Source: a virus. Taken from it: a DNA stretch of 64,000 bases. The stretch lies in IMG/VR virus record IMGVR_UViG_3300037507_005588, positions 25,823-89,822 of that record. One strand, given 5' to 3'. The position numbers and the translations under genes are program-made. Shown one piece after another: positions 36,511-47,372 of the stretch. Position 1 is the stretch's first letter, and every line of letters starts with the position of its first letter. Under the pieces are notes generated by a model that was given only the letters and a program-made list of their open reading frames with translations, was not told the DNA's origin and did not search any database.

Positions 36511-38328
36511 ATGAACAAAATATTTCTTGTTGAAGGTAAGAAAGAGGATGCGTATAAAAAACTTTTTCAAAAGTTTCCTGACTACGACAATACCATTGAA
36601 CGTATATTGGATTCCGACCCAACCGGGTCAAGGTTCATTACGTGGATTGAAAAATCCCTTGAGGAAAAACTTACAGAACTCCAAGAAAAATCTCTTAGTC
36701 AAAGAGAGAAAATCGAACAGACACAGTATTTAATCCAACTATTTGAGGAGGTTGTTGGTACATTTTCGAATAATGTTAATAGGATTACCCCAAAAATTTT
36801 GGAAAAATTAAAAGTTGCTCAGACTTGGAACGACAATAAGATGAGTGAAGAGGATTTGGAAAGAATTCTGAAATCTCCAAAAGATATTTTTTCTTATAAT
36901 CTTGACCAACTTTTTGTATTGACAACAATATTGAAAAAAAATCTGTCAGAAAAATCAAAACAAAAAACCGCAAAAAAAGAATCGGATGTCATCTATGATG
37001 ATGGAAGATACTTGGTAGTCCGTCCAAACTCCCATAAGGCATCTTGTTATTATGGGGCAAACACCAAATGGTGTACCACAGCCGAAAATGACCGACACTT
37101 TGAAGATTATAAATCTCGTGGTTCGTTATATTATTTTATAGATAGAAGAAATGCAAAAGAAAAAATGGCCGTTTTCATCCCAATAAGTGGTACAATTGAA
37201 ATTTACAATACCGCAGACAACAGAAGTACCTTGGAATATTTGATAAATCTTTATCCTTTTGCAACAGATATCCTCAATGAGGCACGAAAGGGTACCGGGT
37301 TGATGGAGTTGATAAAAAAAATTAAAAATGGTGATGTATCGTTGAGTCAACTTTACTCATTCGATGAAATGATTCGTTCAGCTTCACGAGATTCTGATGG
37401 TAACATCATTTTGAACATTTCTTTTGATGATAAAGGTTTTTGGGATTTATTTACTGAAATGGATGATTGGGAACGTGTGGCATATTCATCAGTTGGAAGT
37501 CATTATCCTATGGAACATTATGACTCTTATGTGGGTGAAGAAGATTGGAACGAGGGTTATCTGTTCGACTATTTTAATGAAACTCAGAAGGTAAGGTTAC
37601 AAGAATACTTGTCCGTTTTATTCTCAGGAAAATTACCAAATGAATGCCTTGAAACACCACTTCAGGGGGGTTGCCGACAAAAAGTTGCATCAGAATTGCA
37701 AACTTTTTTTCCTGACGAAGTTGAAGAAATTCAAAATTATTATGTTTCTGACAAAAATTCGGATGTGGAAGAAGGTCTCAGTGACTACCTTAAAAAAGAA
37801 TATTCCAACATTTTTGAAGAAAATGGTTTGAATTTGATTATGGACAAACCTTTTTGGAAATACGATATCAAACTTGATGATTTAGAAAACTATTTGGAAA
37901 AAAATAGTGGAGGACTGCATCAAAACTTATTTGATTTGTTGAGTGACTTTGTAAACAACAAAACGGGTGGAATTGAAGATTTCTCGCAGTTACAATATCA
38001 AGTTTCCGGTTCTGGTGATTATGACTATACAGAATCTGCCATTGAAAAATTATTGGACAAAATGGAGGAAGTCATTGACGATGGTTCTTTTGAGATAGAA
38101 AAAATTGCCGAAGCTCAGAATTTTATAAAGAAAATTGGTGGTTTTAATCAACGATTAGTTCTTCCTTCAGATGAAAACTATATCTTCATGGTAGATAGGA
38201 TTGATACTGAAACGGGTAAAATTTTGTTTACGGTAGGTAAAAAAAATGAATTCATAAAAAAAGGGTTCAGATTACCCTTGGAAGACTTCAAGAGTTTCCT
38301 TTATAACAAAAAACTTTTTGATATATAA
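36511..38328 (+). CDS. Large hypothetical protein (ASCYYG..TKWCT domain)
   Basis: 605-aa ORF; TATTTATT upstream. Confidence 0.65.
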   Translation: MNKIFLVEGKKEDAYKKLFQKFPDYDNTIERILDSDPTGSRFITWIEKSLEEKLTELQEKSLSQREKIEQTQYLIQLFEEVVGTFSNNVNRITPKILEKLKVAQTWNDNKMSEEDLERILKSPKDIFSYNLDQLFVLTTILKKNLSEKSKQKTAKKESDVIYDDGRYLVVRPNSHKASCYYGANTKWCTTAENDRHFEDYKSRGSLYYFIDRRNAKEKMAVFIPISGTIEIYNTADNRSTLEYLINLYPFATDILNEARKGTGLMELIKKIKNGDVSLSQLYSFDEMIRSASRDSDGNIILNISFDDKGFWDLFTEMDDWERVAYSSVGSHYPMEHYDSYVGEEDWNEGYLFDYFNETQKVRLQEYLSVLFSGKLPNECLETPLQGGCRQKVASELQTFFPDEVEEIQNYYVSDKNSDVEEGLSDYLKKEYSNIFEENGLNLIMDKPFWKYDIKLDDLENYLEKNSGGLHQNLFDLLSDFVNNKTGGIEDFSQLQYQVSGSGDYDYTESAIEKLLDKMEEVIDDGSFEIEKIAEAQNFIKKIGGFNQRLVLPSDENYIFMVDRIDTETGKILFTVGKKNEFIKKGFRLPLEDFKSFLYNKKLFDI

Positions 38329-38375
38329 AAAAGTTTTCATATCTTTGTTGAAAACTATTGTAAATTTCTTCATAG

Positions 38376-39209
38376 ATGAATGAATTAGAATTCCTCAAGA
38401 ACGTCCTTTCTGTCAGGACCGCAACACATCATGAAGAACTGATGGTTCAATACATTTGTGATTGGTTAAAAGAACAGAACATCCCGTATGTTGTTGACGA
38501 AATGATGAATGTATATGCAACAAAAACTTCCCAAGGTTATGAAAACAAACTATATCCTTGTATGGTGGCTCACACCGACACTGTCCATCGATTTTCGGAT
38601 GAAATTATAGTCAAGGAAGAATTCCTTCCCAACGAAGAAAATCAAACCAAACTATCACTTAAAGGATACAATGCCGAAGGCAAACCTGTAGGTATTGGTG
38701 GTGACGACAAATGTGGTGTTTATGGTGCACTTGTTTCTTTGAGAGATTTGCCTCACGTAAAAGCAGCATTCTTTGTTTCCGAGGAAACTGGTTGTTGGGG
38801 TTCAAAAGAGGCAAGTCCCGAGTTCTTCTCGGATGTTGCTTACGCAATTCAATTGGATGCTCCAAGTAATTTCATGGTAACTGAAGTTTGTTCTGGTGTT
38901 CGTCTTTGGGAAAGGGATAGTGAATTTTTCCAAATATGTGATGAGGTTCTTGAGGAATTAATGCCGACTCGACAATACATGATTCACCCATATACGGACG
39001 TATCACAACTGAAAAAGAAATTTGATTTTTCTTGTATAAATTTTTCTTGTGGTTATTATTCTTATCATACACCTCATGAATATGTTGTGATTGAAGATTT
39101 ACATAATTCAATTCGGGCAGCTCACGAGATGATAAATCGTCTTGGATACAAGAAACATTTTTATGAACATAAAGGAAACAATTGGAATCTACCCTGGGAC
39201 ACTCAGTGA
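38376..39209 (+). CDS. M20/M28-family metallopeptidase
   Basis: AHTDTV, GGDDKCG, SEETG, QLD, YHT. Confidence 0.8.
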   Translation: MNELEFLKNVLSVRTATHHEELMVQYICDWLKEQNIPYVVDEMMNVYATKTSQGYENKLYPCMVAHTDTVHRFSDEIIVKEEFLPNEENQTKLSLKGYNAEGKPVGIGGDDKCGVYGALVSLRDLPHVKAAFFVSEETGCWGSKEASPEFFSDVAYAIQLDAPSNFMVTEVCSGVRLWERDSEFFQICDEVLEELMPTRQYMIHPYTDVSQLKKKFDFSCINFSCGYYSYHTPHEYVVIEDLHNSIRAAHEMINRLGYKKHFYEHKGNNWNLPWDTQ

Positions 39210-39756
39210 TGAATTTTGTGATAGGTTAATTGAAATCTTTCACGAAAAAAAAGATTTACAATACAAAGGTGAAATGGCTAGTGGTGTTGACCCCACTGTC
39301 AAGGACACAACAGATTTGAATTTGATGGCAGACCCTGACCTTGCAGATATTGTTGAGGAAATTTGTGATGCTGCAAATGAAAAAATTGATTTATACGTTA
39401 AGAGGTACAGAACAGATGAGTCTTTCAATACCCAAGAATATCTTTTCAATCAAGGAACTCATTATCCTGTGTGGCAATTACAGAGATATGAAAAGGGACA
39501 AGGTCATTATATGGCTTGGCATACTGAAGGAGAATACCACGAATTTTGTAGTAGAATTTTTGCGGTGATGTTCTACTTAAATGATGTTACCGAAGGAGGA
39601 GAAACCGAATTCATACATCAAGGGTTGAAATTACAACCTACCAAAGGAACTTTTGTTGTATGGCCAGCTCCATGGCCATATGTACATCGTGGAAATGTCC
39701 CAATCTCAAATGACAAATATATTCTTACTACTTGGTTAGTCAGAAATGATGAATAA
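39163..39756 (+). CDS. 2OG-Fe(II) oxygenase
   Basis: AWHTE, FYLNDVTEGGETEF, WPYVHRG, KYILTTW. Confidence 0.9.
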   Translation: MNIKETIGIYPGTLSDEFCDRLIEIFHEKKDLQYKGEMASGVDPTVKDTTDLNLMADPDLADIVEEICDAANEKIDLYVKRYRTDESFNTQEYLFNQGTHYPVWQLQRYEKGQGHYMAWHTEGEYHEFCSRIFAVMFYLNDVTEGGETEFIHQGLKLQPTKGTFVVWPAPWPYVHRGNVPISNDKYILTTWLVRNDE

Positions 39757-39758
39757 AA

Positions 39759-39780
39759 AAAGGGGTCTTTCGACCCCTTT
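39759..39780. terminator. Bidirectional terminator
   Basis: AAAGGGGTC-TTTC-GACCCCTTT. Confidence 0.75.
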
Positions 39781-39781
39781 C

Positions 39782-41776
39782 TTATTTTACCGTCACTTTA
39801 TCTTCGACTACGGTTATTTTGTAGTTTTTGTCTTCCACAACATCCCCATTTAGAACAAGTTCTGAAATAAGGTCTTCTACTTCATCTTGAATTGCTCGTT
39901 TGATTGGGCGAGCACCATAGACATCATCAAAACCAACTTTGGAAATATGATTAACCAACTTTTCATCAAATGTGAATTGTAGTTTCAATTCACCCAATCG
40001 TTTAATCAAATTTTGAAGTTCAATTGAAACAATCTTACTTACAGAGTCCTGGTCCAAAGAGTTGAAAATGATGGTGTCATCAATACGGTTTAGGAATTCA
40101 GGAGAGAAATAATTCTTCATTTCTTTTTTCAGGATTTCTTTTTTCTGTTCTTCGTTAGAATAACTTGAACCGCCAAAACCGATACCTGTACCGAAATCTT
40201 GAAGTTTTTTAACTCCGATATTTGAGGTCATAATAATCAAAGTATTTTTGAAATTGATTTTACGTCCCAAAGAATCCGTGAGGTGACCCTCGTCCAACAT
40301 TTGTAGGAGAGTGTGGAAAATATCTTTATTTGCTTTTTCAACCTCATCAAACAAAATTACAGAATACGGTTTGTTTTTTACTTGTTCAGTGAGTTGACCA
40401 CCTTCATTGTATCCAACGTATCCTGGAGGTGCTCCAATCAATCGAGATACTGTGTGTTTTTCTTGGTATTCACTCATGTCTACACGGATAAGTGCGTCTG
40501 AGCTACCAAAAACTTGTTTAGCTAATTGTTTAGCCAAGTGAGTTTTACCAACACCAGTGGAGCCCAAGAAGATGAATGAACCAATTGGTTTGTTGGGGTC
40601 TTTAATTCCGATACGATTACGACGCATTGCTCGTGCAATTTTCTTAACCGCTTCGTTCTGTCCCACAACATTCTTTTGAAGTTCTTGCTCCAAATTCTTG
40701 AGTGACTCTTTATCATCTGTCGACAACTTTGTAACAGGAATTTTTGTCATTGAGGAAACAACATTCAAAACCAATTCAGGTTCGATAATCTTTTTGTTTT
40801 TGATTTGGTCCTCTTCAAACTTACGTTTTTCTTTTTCCAAACGTTCCAAAAGTTTCTTTTCTTTGTCACGAATCTCTGCTGCTTGTTCGTAATCTTGTTT
40901 CTTTACAACATCTAATTTGTGTTGTTTGAGTTCCACAGCTTTTTGCTTCAATACCTCAATTGATTCAGGCACCTTAACTTCGACTTGACTACGAGCACCT
41001 ACCTCGTCAAGGATATCAAATGCTTTGTCAGGAAACTCTCGGTCAGTGATGTAACGGTCTGCCAAGTTTACACACATTTCCAAGATTTCATCAGAATAAG
41101 AAACTTTGTGAAAATCTTCGTAACGGTCTTTTGAATTCTTGAGAATCAAAAGGGTTTCTTCTTTTGATGGTGAGTCTACCACAACCTTTTGGAAACGACG
41201 CTCCAAGGCTCCATCTTTTTCAAAATTAGTTCGGTATTCATCCAAAGTGGTTGCACCGATACATTGAATTTCCCCACGAGCCAAGGCGGGTTTGAAAATG
41301 TTGGATGCGTCCATTGAACCTGATGCGTTACCGGCACCAACCAAAGTATGAATTTCATCGATGAAAATGATAATATCAGGATTTTCGGTAAGTTCCTCGA
41401 TGATTACCCGCATACGTTCTTCAAACTGTCCACGGTATTTTGTACCAGCCACAATTGATGTGAGGTCCAACAGAACGATTTTTTTATCTCGAAGATTTTT
41501 GGGACATTCACCCAAGAAAATTTTCATTGCAAGTCCTTCGACAATTGCAGTTTTACCACTTCCTGGTTCCCCTATAAGAATTGGATTATTCTTTTTACGA
41601 CGTGAAAGAATTTGGGCGATTCGATTGATTTCCAACTCGCGACCAATTACAGGGTCCAATTTACCCTCAGAAGCCAATTTGATTAGGTCTCGGCTAAAGT
41701 TATCCAAGACTGGAGTTCTACCACCTTTATTTCTCGATTTGATGTTTCCATCGTTGTCATCCATAGATTCAATCAT
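39782..41776 (-). CDS. clpC: ClpC-like AAA+ unfoldase lacking the N-terminal Clp-repeat domain
   Basis: GEPGSGKT and GSTGVGKT Walker A, FIDEIH/FDEVEK, UVR middle domain QDYEQAAEIRD, ClpP-docking IGF loop. Confidence 0.88.
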   Translation of the reverse strand: MIESMDDNDGNIKSRNKGGRTPVLDNFSRDLIKLASEGKLDPVIGRELEINRIAQILSRRKKNNPILIGEPGSGKTAIVEGLAMKIFLGECPKNLRDKKIVLLDLTSIVAGTKYRGQFEERMRVIIEELTENPDIIIFIDEIHTLVGAGNASGSMDASNIFKPALARGEIQCIGATTLDEYRTNFEKDGALERRFQKVVVDSPSKEETLLILKNSKDRYEDFHKVSYSDEILEMCVNLADRYITDREFPDKAFDILDEVGARSQVEVKVPESIEVLKQKAVELKQHKLDVVKKQDYEQAAEIRDKEKKLLERLEKEKRKFEEDQIKNKKIIEPELVLNVVSSMTKIPVTKLSTDDKESLKNLEQELQKNVVGQNEAVKKIARAMRRNRIGIKDPNKPIGSFIFLGSTGVGKTHLAKQLAKQVFGSSDALIRVDMSEYQEKHTVSRLIGAPPGYVGYNEGGQLTEQVKNKPYSVILFDEVEKANKDIFHTLLQMLDEGHLTDSLGRKINFKNTLIIMTSNIGVKKLQDFGTGIGFGGSSYSNEEQKKEILKKEMKNYFSPEFLNRIDDTIIFNSLDQDSVSKIVSIELQNLIKRLGELKLQFTFDEKLVNHISKVGFDDVYGARPIKRAIQDEVEDLISELVLNGDVVEDKNYKITVVEDKVTVK

Positions 41777-41832
41777 GATATTAAGTTTTTAGTTACCACA
41801 AATATACAATTATTTTTCCAAACTACAACAAA

Positions 41833-41913
41833 GACAATTTGTCAGGTATAAATTTTATGGTATTGACAAATTGTCAGGTATTAGATTATATTTTGGACTG
41901 GCACATTATTTAC
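41833..41913 (+). promoter_or_regulatory. Tandem palindromic operators plus sigma54-like element
   Basis: GACAAWTTGTCAGGTAT at 41833-41849 and 41865-41881; TGGCAC-N5-TTAC at 41899-41913. Confidence 0.45.
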
Positions 41914-41960
41914 TATCATTGAGTTAAATATAAAAAATAAAAATTAAAATAAGAAATATT

Positions 41961-42434
41961 ATGTTTGGAAGACGAGATTCATTTGACGATTTGTTCAACG
42001 AACTAAATAAATTTTTTGGAGATAATTCTAACCCTTTCGGTGGAAGGTTTGGTATTCATGGAAAAAATAACGTAGAAAAAGGTAAAGATGAGAACGGTGA
42101 TTGGAATAAAGAAACCTTCACATCAGATGACGGAAAAATTGTAATTACCAGTTTTGTTCGTAGCTCGGGATTTGATGACGACATGATGAATAGTCTATTC
42201 AAAGAACCAAAACGTAAACCAAGTTCTGTTGAATCACTAAATCGTGAACTACAAACAGCAATTAAAAATGAGGATTACGAATTGGCAATTGCTATTAGAG
42301 ACAAAATCAAAAAAATCGAGGGTAATCAAGAATCAATTACCCAACTCGAGAATGAATTAAAAGAGTGTATCGAAACCCACAATTTCGAACGAGCAATAGA
42401 AATTAGAGAAGAGTTGAAGAAACTCAAAGTGTGA
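41961..42434 (+). CDS. Double UVR (UvrB/C) domain protein, putative Clp adaptor
   Basis: AIKNEDYELAIAIRDKIK and CIETHNFERAIEIREELK. Confidence 0.7.
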   Translation: MFGRRDSFDDLFNELNKFFGDNSNPFGGRFGIHGKNNVEKGKDENGDWNKETFTSDDGKIVITSFVRSSGFDDDMMNSLFKEPKRKPSSVESLNRELQTAIKNEDYELAIAIRDKIKKIEGNQESITQLENELKECIETHNFERAIEIREELKKLKV

Positions 42435-42482
42435 CCCGAAAGACCCCCAAAATTAATTGGGGGTTTTTTATATTTATTAGGT

Positions 42483-42794
42483 ATGGAATCACCTTGGAAG
42501 AAATTTTTGGATACGGTCATGTTAAACGACCTTAAAAACGTTGCTGACCTTTACAGAAATATGAGGGTGAGTTTACAAAAAGAAGGAATCAGACAATCTC
42601 AATTGGAAAAGGGTGTCAACATTCCTCACAATATTTACATGGAGCGAGAATTTACAATCTACGCATTAAAACAAATGAAAGCCAAACTTAGAAAGTATGG
42701 TTTGATTGAAGGTGGTGGATTTGAATTTGATGATTACATTTCGGAAATATTTTCTAAAATTGATGAAGAAACACCTTTAGAAAATGGCCGTTAA
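42483..42794 (+). CDS. Hypothetical protein
   Basis: ORF with TATTTATT upstream. Confidence 0.55.
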   Translation: MESPWKKFLDTVMLNDLKNVADLYRNMRVSLQKEGIRQSQLEKGVNIPHNIYMEREFTIYALKQMKAKLRKYGLIEGGGFEFDDYISEIFSKIDEETPLENGR

Positions 42795-43029
42795 ATCACA
42801 AATTATAGAAGGTACAAGAATCATCAACACAATTGATTCTTCAAACTTAGTAAAAACTGAGTACGATACCGACACAAAAAAAATGGTTGTTGAGTTCAAA
42901 AACGGAACTCGATATGAGTATGATGAGGTTCCCCACAACGTCTATGCTGAGTTTAGATTATCCGAATCACAGGGAAAATACTTCAATACCAAAATTTCAA
43001 AGACTTATAAGTTTAATAAATTAACTTAA
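42784..43029 (+). CDS. KTSC domain protein
   Basis: SSNL...YD.....VEFKNG..YEY..VP........SESQGKYFN. Confidence 0.85.
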   Translation: MAVKSQIIEGTRIINTIDSSNLVKTEYDTDTKKMVVEFKNGTRYEYDEVPHNVYAEFRLSESQGKYFNTKISKTYKFNKLT

Positions 43030-43054
43030 ATTTTTATTTGAGTATTTATAGTTT

Positions 43055-43807
43055 ATGGACAAATACTCGGATATTTTAACCTCTTTTGGTACAAAAGATA
43101 CTTTGAACCCCCAAATTTGGGATGGGTTTGATACCGATAGTCCAATTCTTAAACCATCGATAAGAAAAGCATTACTCGCCATTGCCGGTGAATTTATGGA
43201 TTTTTTGGGTGAAAACCTATTCATCGATGATGTAAGATTTACAGGTTCCTTGGCAAATTACAACTGGTCAAAATATTCCGATATCGACCTTCATCTATAT
43301 GTAGATTTCACCCAATTCGATAGCGAAGATAGGGAGGTTTACAAAGAACTGTTTGGATTGAAAAAAACTCTTTTTAATACAACACACAATATAACCGTCA
43401 AAGGATATGAGGTTGAGTTATACGCTGAGGATACAAATGAATCACATTTCTCTACGGGGGTGTATTCAGTATTATATGATGAATGGGTTCACAAACCCGA
43501 AAAAGAAAATAAATCAATTGATAAAGACTTTTTGATGAAAAAAGCGCAATCTGTTATGGATTGTATCGATGATTTAATGGACGAATCCAAGGACATGGAT
43601 TATGAGAAAGCTGTCAAGAAAATTGATACCTTCAAAGAAAAGTTGAAGAAGTATAGAACCGCTGGATTGGAAAAAGATGGTGAGTTCTCTTATGAGAATT
43701 TGGTGTTCAAATTCTTAAGACGAAATGGATATATTGATAAACTATTCGAATTCAAAAATAAACTAACGGATAAGAACCTCTCGGTTGAAAATATGGAAAC
43801 CGAATAA
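43055..43807 (+). CDS. Pol-beta-superfamily nucleotidyltransferase
   Basis: TGSLANYNWSKYSDIDLH ... EVELY. Confidence 0.7.
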   Translation: MDKYSDILTSFGTKDTLNPQIWDGFDTDSPILKPSIRKALLAIAGEFMDFLGENLFIDDVRFTGSLANYNWSKYSDIDLHLYVDFTQFDSEDREVYKELFGLKKTLFNTTHNITVKGYEVELYAEDTNESHFSTGVYSVLYDEWVHKPEKENKSIDKDFLMKKAQSVMDCIDDLMDESKDMDYEKAVKKIDTFKEKLKKYRTAGLEKDGEFSYENLVFKFLRRNGYIDKLFEFKNKLTDKNLSVENMETE

Positions 43808-43853
43808 ATTGAGATTTATGATTTTCCGTATATTTATAAAGTAAAAAAATTAG

Positions 43854-44675
43854 ATGAGTCTCGTAACATATTTAGTGGCACCCTGTGCTGGCGGAGCCGC
43901 AGTTGAAGTCGATTTTGATGGACGTTCTCTTCCTGTAATTGGGGGAAATTATTATTTAACCTTTAATGGTGCAACTGCCGAAGGTTGTTACGAAGTTGTT
44001 GATACTGCGGAACCAGGTACTGGTTCAGATGTTGTTGCAACACAATCTTCGAATTATGGAGATTGTTTAACTTGTTTGGCGGATAACCCAACACCAACCC
44101 CAACACCCACACAAACTTCAACACCTACTCAGACTCCTACTAACACTGTAACACCATCGGTAACCGCGAGTCAAACAGCAACCAATACTCCAACACCATC
44201 GGTAACTGCGAGTCCAACACCGACACCATCGGTGACAAGTACTGTAACTCCGTCACCAACACCGACGGTCACGACATCACAAACAGCAACAAAAACACCG
44301 ACTCCGAGTAATTCTCCGACTCCAAGTGTTACGGCTTCGAATACTCCAACACCATCTATTACGGCATCACAGACCGCAACAAAGACACCAACACCAACGG
44401 TGACTCCGTCCGTAACGGCTACGAATACTCCTACACCGACACTTACACCTACTAATACACTTACACCAACTAACACACCTTCACCAACACCGTCAAACAC
44501 CCCAGCAGCTTCGGCTCAGTTTAACGGTCAAATCGACTATGAAGATTGTGTAAATTGTAGTGGTACAATAACGACTCCACAACTTCCTAAACCAGCTTGG
44601 TCTGATAACCAAGGTGCGGTTGTTTACCAAACAGATGCGGTTGCGCTTGGAGGTCCTAATGGATTAAATTCTTAA
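43854..44675 (+). CDS. Thr/Pro-rich virion protein with Cys-rich ends
   Basis: ~140-aa TPTPS tract; CxxC motifs; TATTTATA upstream. Confidence 0.7.
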   Translation: MSLVTYLVAPCAGGAAVEVDFDGRSLPVIGGNYYLTFNGATAEGCYEVVDTAEPGTGSDVVATQSSNYGDCLTCLADNPTPTPTPTQTSTPTQTPTNTVTPSVTASQTATNTPTPSVTASPTPTPSVTSTVTPSPTPTVTTSQTATKTPTPSNSPTPSVTASNTPTPSITASQTATKTPTPTVTPSVTATNTPTPTLTPTNTLTPTNTPSPTPSNTPAASAQFNGQIDYEDCVNCSGTITTPQLPKPAWSDNQGAVVYQTDAVALGGPNGLNS

Positions 44676-44693
44676 AAATTAAATAAATAAAAA

Positions 44694-46148
44694 ATGGCTG
44701 ACTTAAAACCTATTGGTAGTGAAAAATTACAAGGACAAGAAAAATTGAACAGAATCCTTGAAATTGCTCGTTACAAAGAAAACATTCCACAAACCGTAAA
44801 CGAAACTGCAAAAGTTGAGTTTGGTAAAACATTGTCTGATGGAAACCAATATGAAATCGTTAAAGAAAAGGGTGGTTACGTTTTGATGAAACGTATCAAT
44901 GAATCTTTGGATTACATTGAACCTATGAAGAATAGAAAACATTATAAGTCATATTCTCAAGCTTTGAAAAGATTAAATTTGATGGCTGGCGAAATTAACA
45001 GATTGACTGAAAATGTTGAAGAAGTTTCTATGTTCAGAGTTGATGAGGAAAAAAAGTTCACACTAAAATTACCAAAACCATCTACGCCAGAACCAGCTCC
45101 GGCACCTGAGGTATCTATGGATGCTGAAATGGATATGACAGACGTACCTGAAATGGGTGATGAAGAAATGTCTATGGATACTGAAGTTTCGATGGATTCA
45201 CCAGCAGACACTGAACCTATGGATATGGGAGCAGAAACTGATGGAGGTATGGAAGAGGAAGTTGATTTTAGAGTTATTCAAAAAATTACAGGAAAATTAG
45301 GTCAAAAAATTAGAATGATGAATGATTCTGTTGGAATGTCATCTGAAGATGTTAAGTACGTTATTAATTCCATTTTGTCAGCGTTGGATTTAAGCAAACT
45401 ATCTGAAGAAGATAAAGAAGATATTTTAACAAAATTTGAAGATACTGAAACAGATTATGATATGGATATGGACATGAGTATGGACAATTCATCTGAATCT
45501 GATTTTGATTTTGATATGGATTCTGAGGAGACTGTTGATTCTGAAATGGGTGAAGGTATGTATGGTTCATTTGGTAATATTAGAAGAAAAGATTACAAAG
45601 GTGATGAATACTATGACGAAAAAGGCAGACAGGCTAAAAGTGCTGATATCTATGGTATAGCTGGAGATGATTTTGATACTGAAGAATTTGATACTTTTCA
45701 GCAATTATATGACAAATATGGTGACAAACAATCTTGGTTTAATAAAACAGATGGTGAAAAAATGTTTAACAAATATAGAGAAAGGACAGGTAAACCATTT
45801 AAGGTAAAAACAAGAAAGATGGACGGTGAAATGGGTGAAACCGAGTCGAAGGTTTCATCAATCATGGATTCAATCTTTGCTGAGTCAAAAGTTGATAAAG
45901 TATTATCAAGTTATTTTGTTTTATCTGAATCTGAAATTGAAAAATCTGAAAAACAAAAGTCAAAAGTTGATTCAAAAATGTTAAAGGTAAAAAAGTTGTC
46001 TGAAACAATTGAACAAGAATTGGCTGCTGAGTTTATTATCAAAGAAAACTCTGAATTAAAACTTCTGGGTAAAACTAATAAAAACAACTTAGTTTTCGAA
46101 AGCAACGGTGAACAATTCAGAATTTCACCAAAAGGAGAATTACTATGA
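44694..46148 (+). CDS. Acidic structural-module protein
   Basis: LKPIGSEKL..RILEIA; D/E/M-rich linkers. Confidence 0.65.
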   Translation: MADLKPIGSEKLQGQEKLNRILEIARYKENIPQTVNETAKVEFGKTLSDGNQYEIVKEKGGYVLMKRINESLDYIEPMKNRKHYKSYSQALKRLNLMAGEINRLTENVEEVSMFRVDEEKKFTLKLPKPSTPEPAPAPEVSMDAEMDMTDVPEMGDEEMSMDTEVSMDSPADTEPMDMGAETDGGMEEEVDFRVIQKITGKLGQKIRMMNDSVGMSSEDVKYVINSILSALDLSKLSEEDKEDILTKFEDTETDYDMDMDMSMDNSSESDFDFDMDSEETVDSEMGEGMYGSFGNIRRKDYKGDEYYDEKGRQAKSADIYGIAGDDFDTEEFDTFQQLYDKYGDKQSWFNKTDGEKMFNKYRERTGKPFKVKTRKMDGEMGETESKVSSIMDSIFAESKVDKVLSSYFVLSESEIEKSEKQKSKVDSKMLKVKKLSETIEQELAAEFIIKENSELKLLGKTNKNNLVFESNGEQFRISPKGELL

Positions 46149-46540
46149 TTCTAATCTATGTGAACGGACTTGGTCCTAACTATAGAGGGGATAATATGTA
46201 TGAATTCATTTTTGGAAAAGAATTAGATGTATGGGGTGAAGGTTGGGATTCAAAACCATCAAGTGGATATCCTGAACCACCTGAACTCCAATACATTTCC
46301 AAAGTTGGAACTTTGAAGAATACAAGTTTGGAATTAGAACTTGTTCAAAAATCTGACTTCATGGGAATGACAGACGCGATGGAAGATATAATCGCGTTAG
46401 CCTGGGAAACCGATGAAAGTTGTGAAAATCAAACTCGTCTTGTTTTCCGTTTCGGAGATTCCGAACAAAAAGTTAAAGATAAATTGTACGAAAGGGACCT
46501 AATTTTAGAATTTGATAAAGAAGTTGTTTATGAAAACTAA
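46145..46540 (+). CDS. Hypothetical protein
   Basis: ORF coupled in operon. Confidence 0.6.
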   Translation: MILIYVNGLGPNYRGDNMYEFIFGKELDVWGEGWDSKPSSGYPEPPELQYISKVGTLKNTSLELELVQKSDFMGMTDAMEDIIALAWETDESCENQTRLVFRFGDSEQKVKDKLYERDLILEFDKEVVYEN

Positions 46541-47372
46541 AAAAGAAACAAAAGAAGTAGTTCAAGTGTCTCAAGCAGACACTGTTACCATCAATAAATT
46601 AAAGACTGAGAAGAAACCTTTCGAAGTTTATGAAGATGAGGATGAAACTATAGTAAAAGACCCTTTCGAATTAGGTTCAACACAAGACAAAAGACAAGTT
46701 GGTGCTAGTAGTTATGGTGACAATCCAACTGTGGACAAAGAATTAGACGCTGACGATGAAGATGGTATGGGTATGATGGAAGGTGAAATGGATGAAAAAT
46801 TCGAGTCCAAATCACAACAAAAATACTTCTTTGCAAAATGTGGCGATGGAAAAACTCCTGAACAAAAAAAGTGGTGTAAGATGGCTGATGAATTTGCAAG
46901 TAAAACAAAAAACTTCAAAAAATTACCTGAAAAAGTTACTGAAAGAAAAACAAGTCAACAAGTTTTAGAAGAATCTCTTGAGAAGATGATTCTAAAACAT
47001 GTCCAACCAAGAATGACAAAAAAAGAATTGATTCAAACTTTATCAGAAAGTGGAATCATCAGAAAAACTATTCATAAGATGCCAACTGAGAAAATGGTTG
47101 GAGATAAAAAATTGGACAAGCCTGTCGGGAAGATGTATACTTTAACAAAAAAGGAAGCTATGGAATCTACTACAACAGCACCAACAAGAACAAAACCCAC
47201 TACTAAACCAGGTGTAAAACCTGGTACTAGTGACCCCTTCAAACAACCTAAACACCAACCCAAACCTAAGGCTGGTAAAAATATGGTTGATTCCAATCCA
47301 AAATCAGAAGTCGTAAAAATTCCAGATTACCTTACTTTTGACCAACTTAAAATTAATTTCAAAGACAAGTAA
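46530..47372 (+). CDS. Hypothetical structural-module protein
   Basis: EKFESKSQQKYF...KKLPEKV. Confidence 0.6.
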   Translation: MKTKKETKEVVQVSQADTVTINKLKTEKKPFEVYEDEDETIVKDPFELGSTQDKRQVGASSYGDNPTVDKELDADDEDGMGMMEGEMDEKFESKSQQKYFFAKCGDGKTPEQKKWCKMADEFASKTKNFKKLPEKVTERKTSQQVLEESLEKMILKHVQPRMTKKELIQTLSESGIIRKTIHKMPTEKMVGDKKLDKPVGKMYTLTKKEAMESTTTAPTRTKPTTKPGVKPGTSDPFKQPKHQPKPKAGKNMVDSNPKSEVVKIPDYLTFDQLKINFKDK

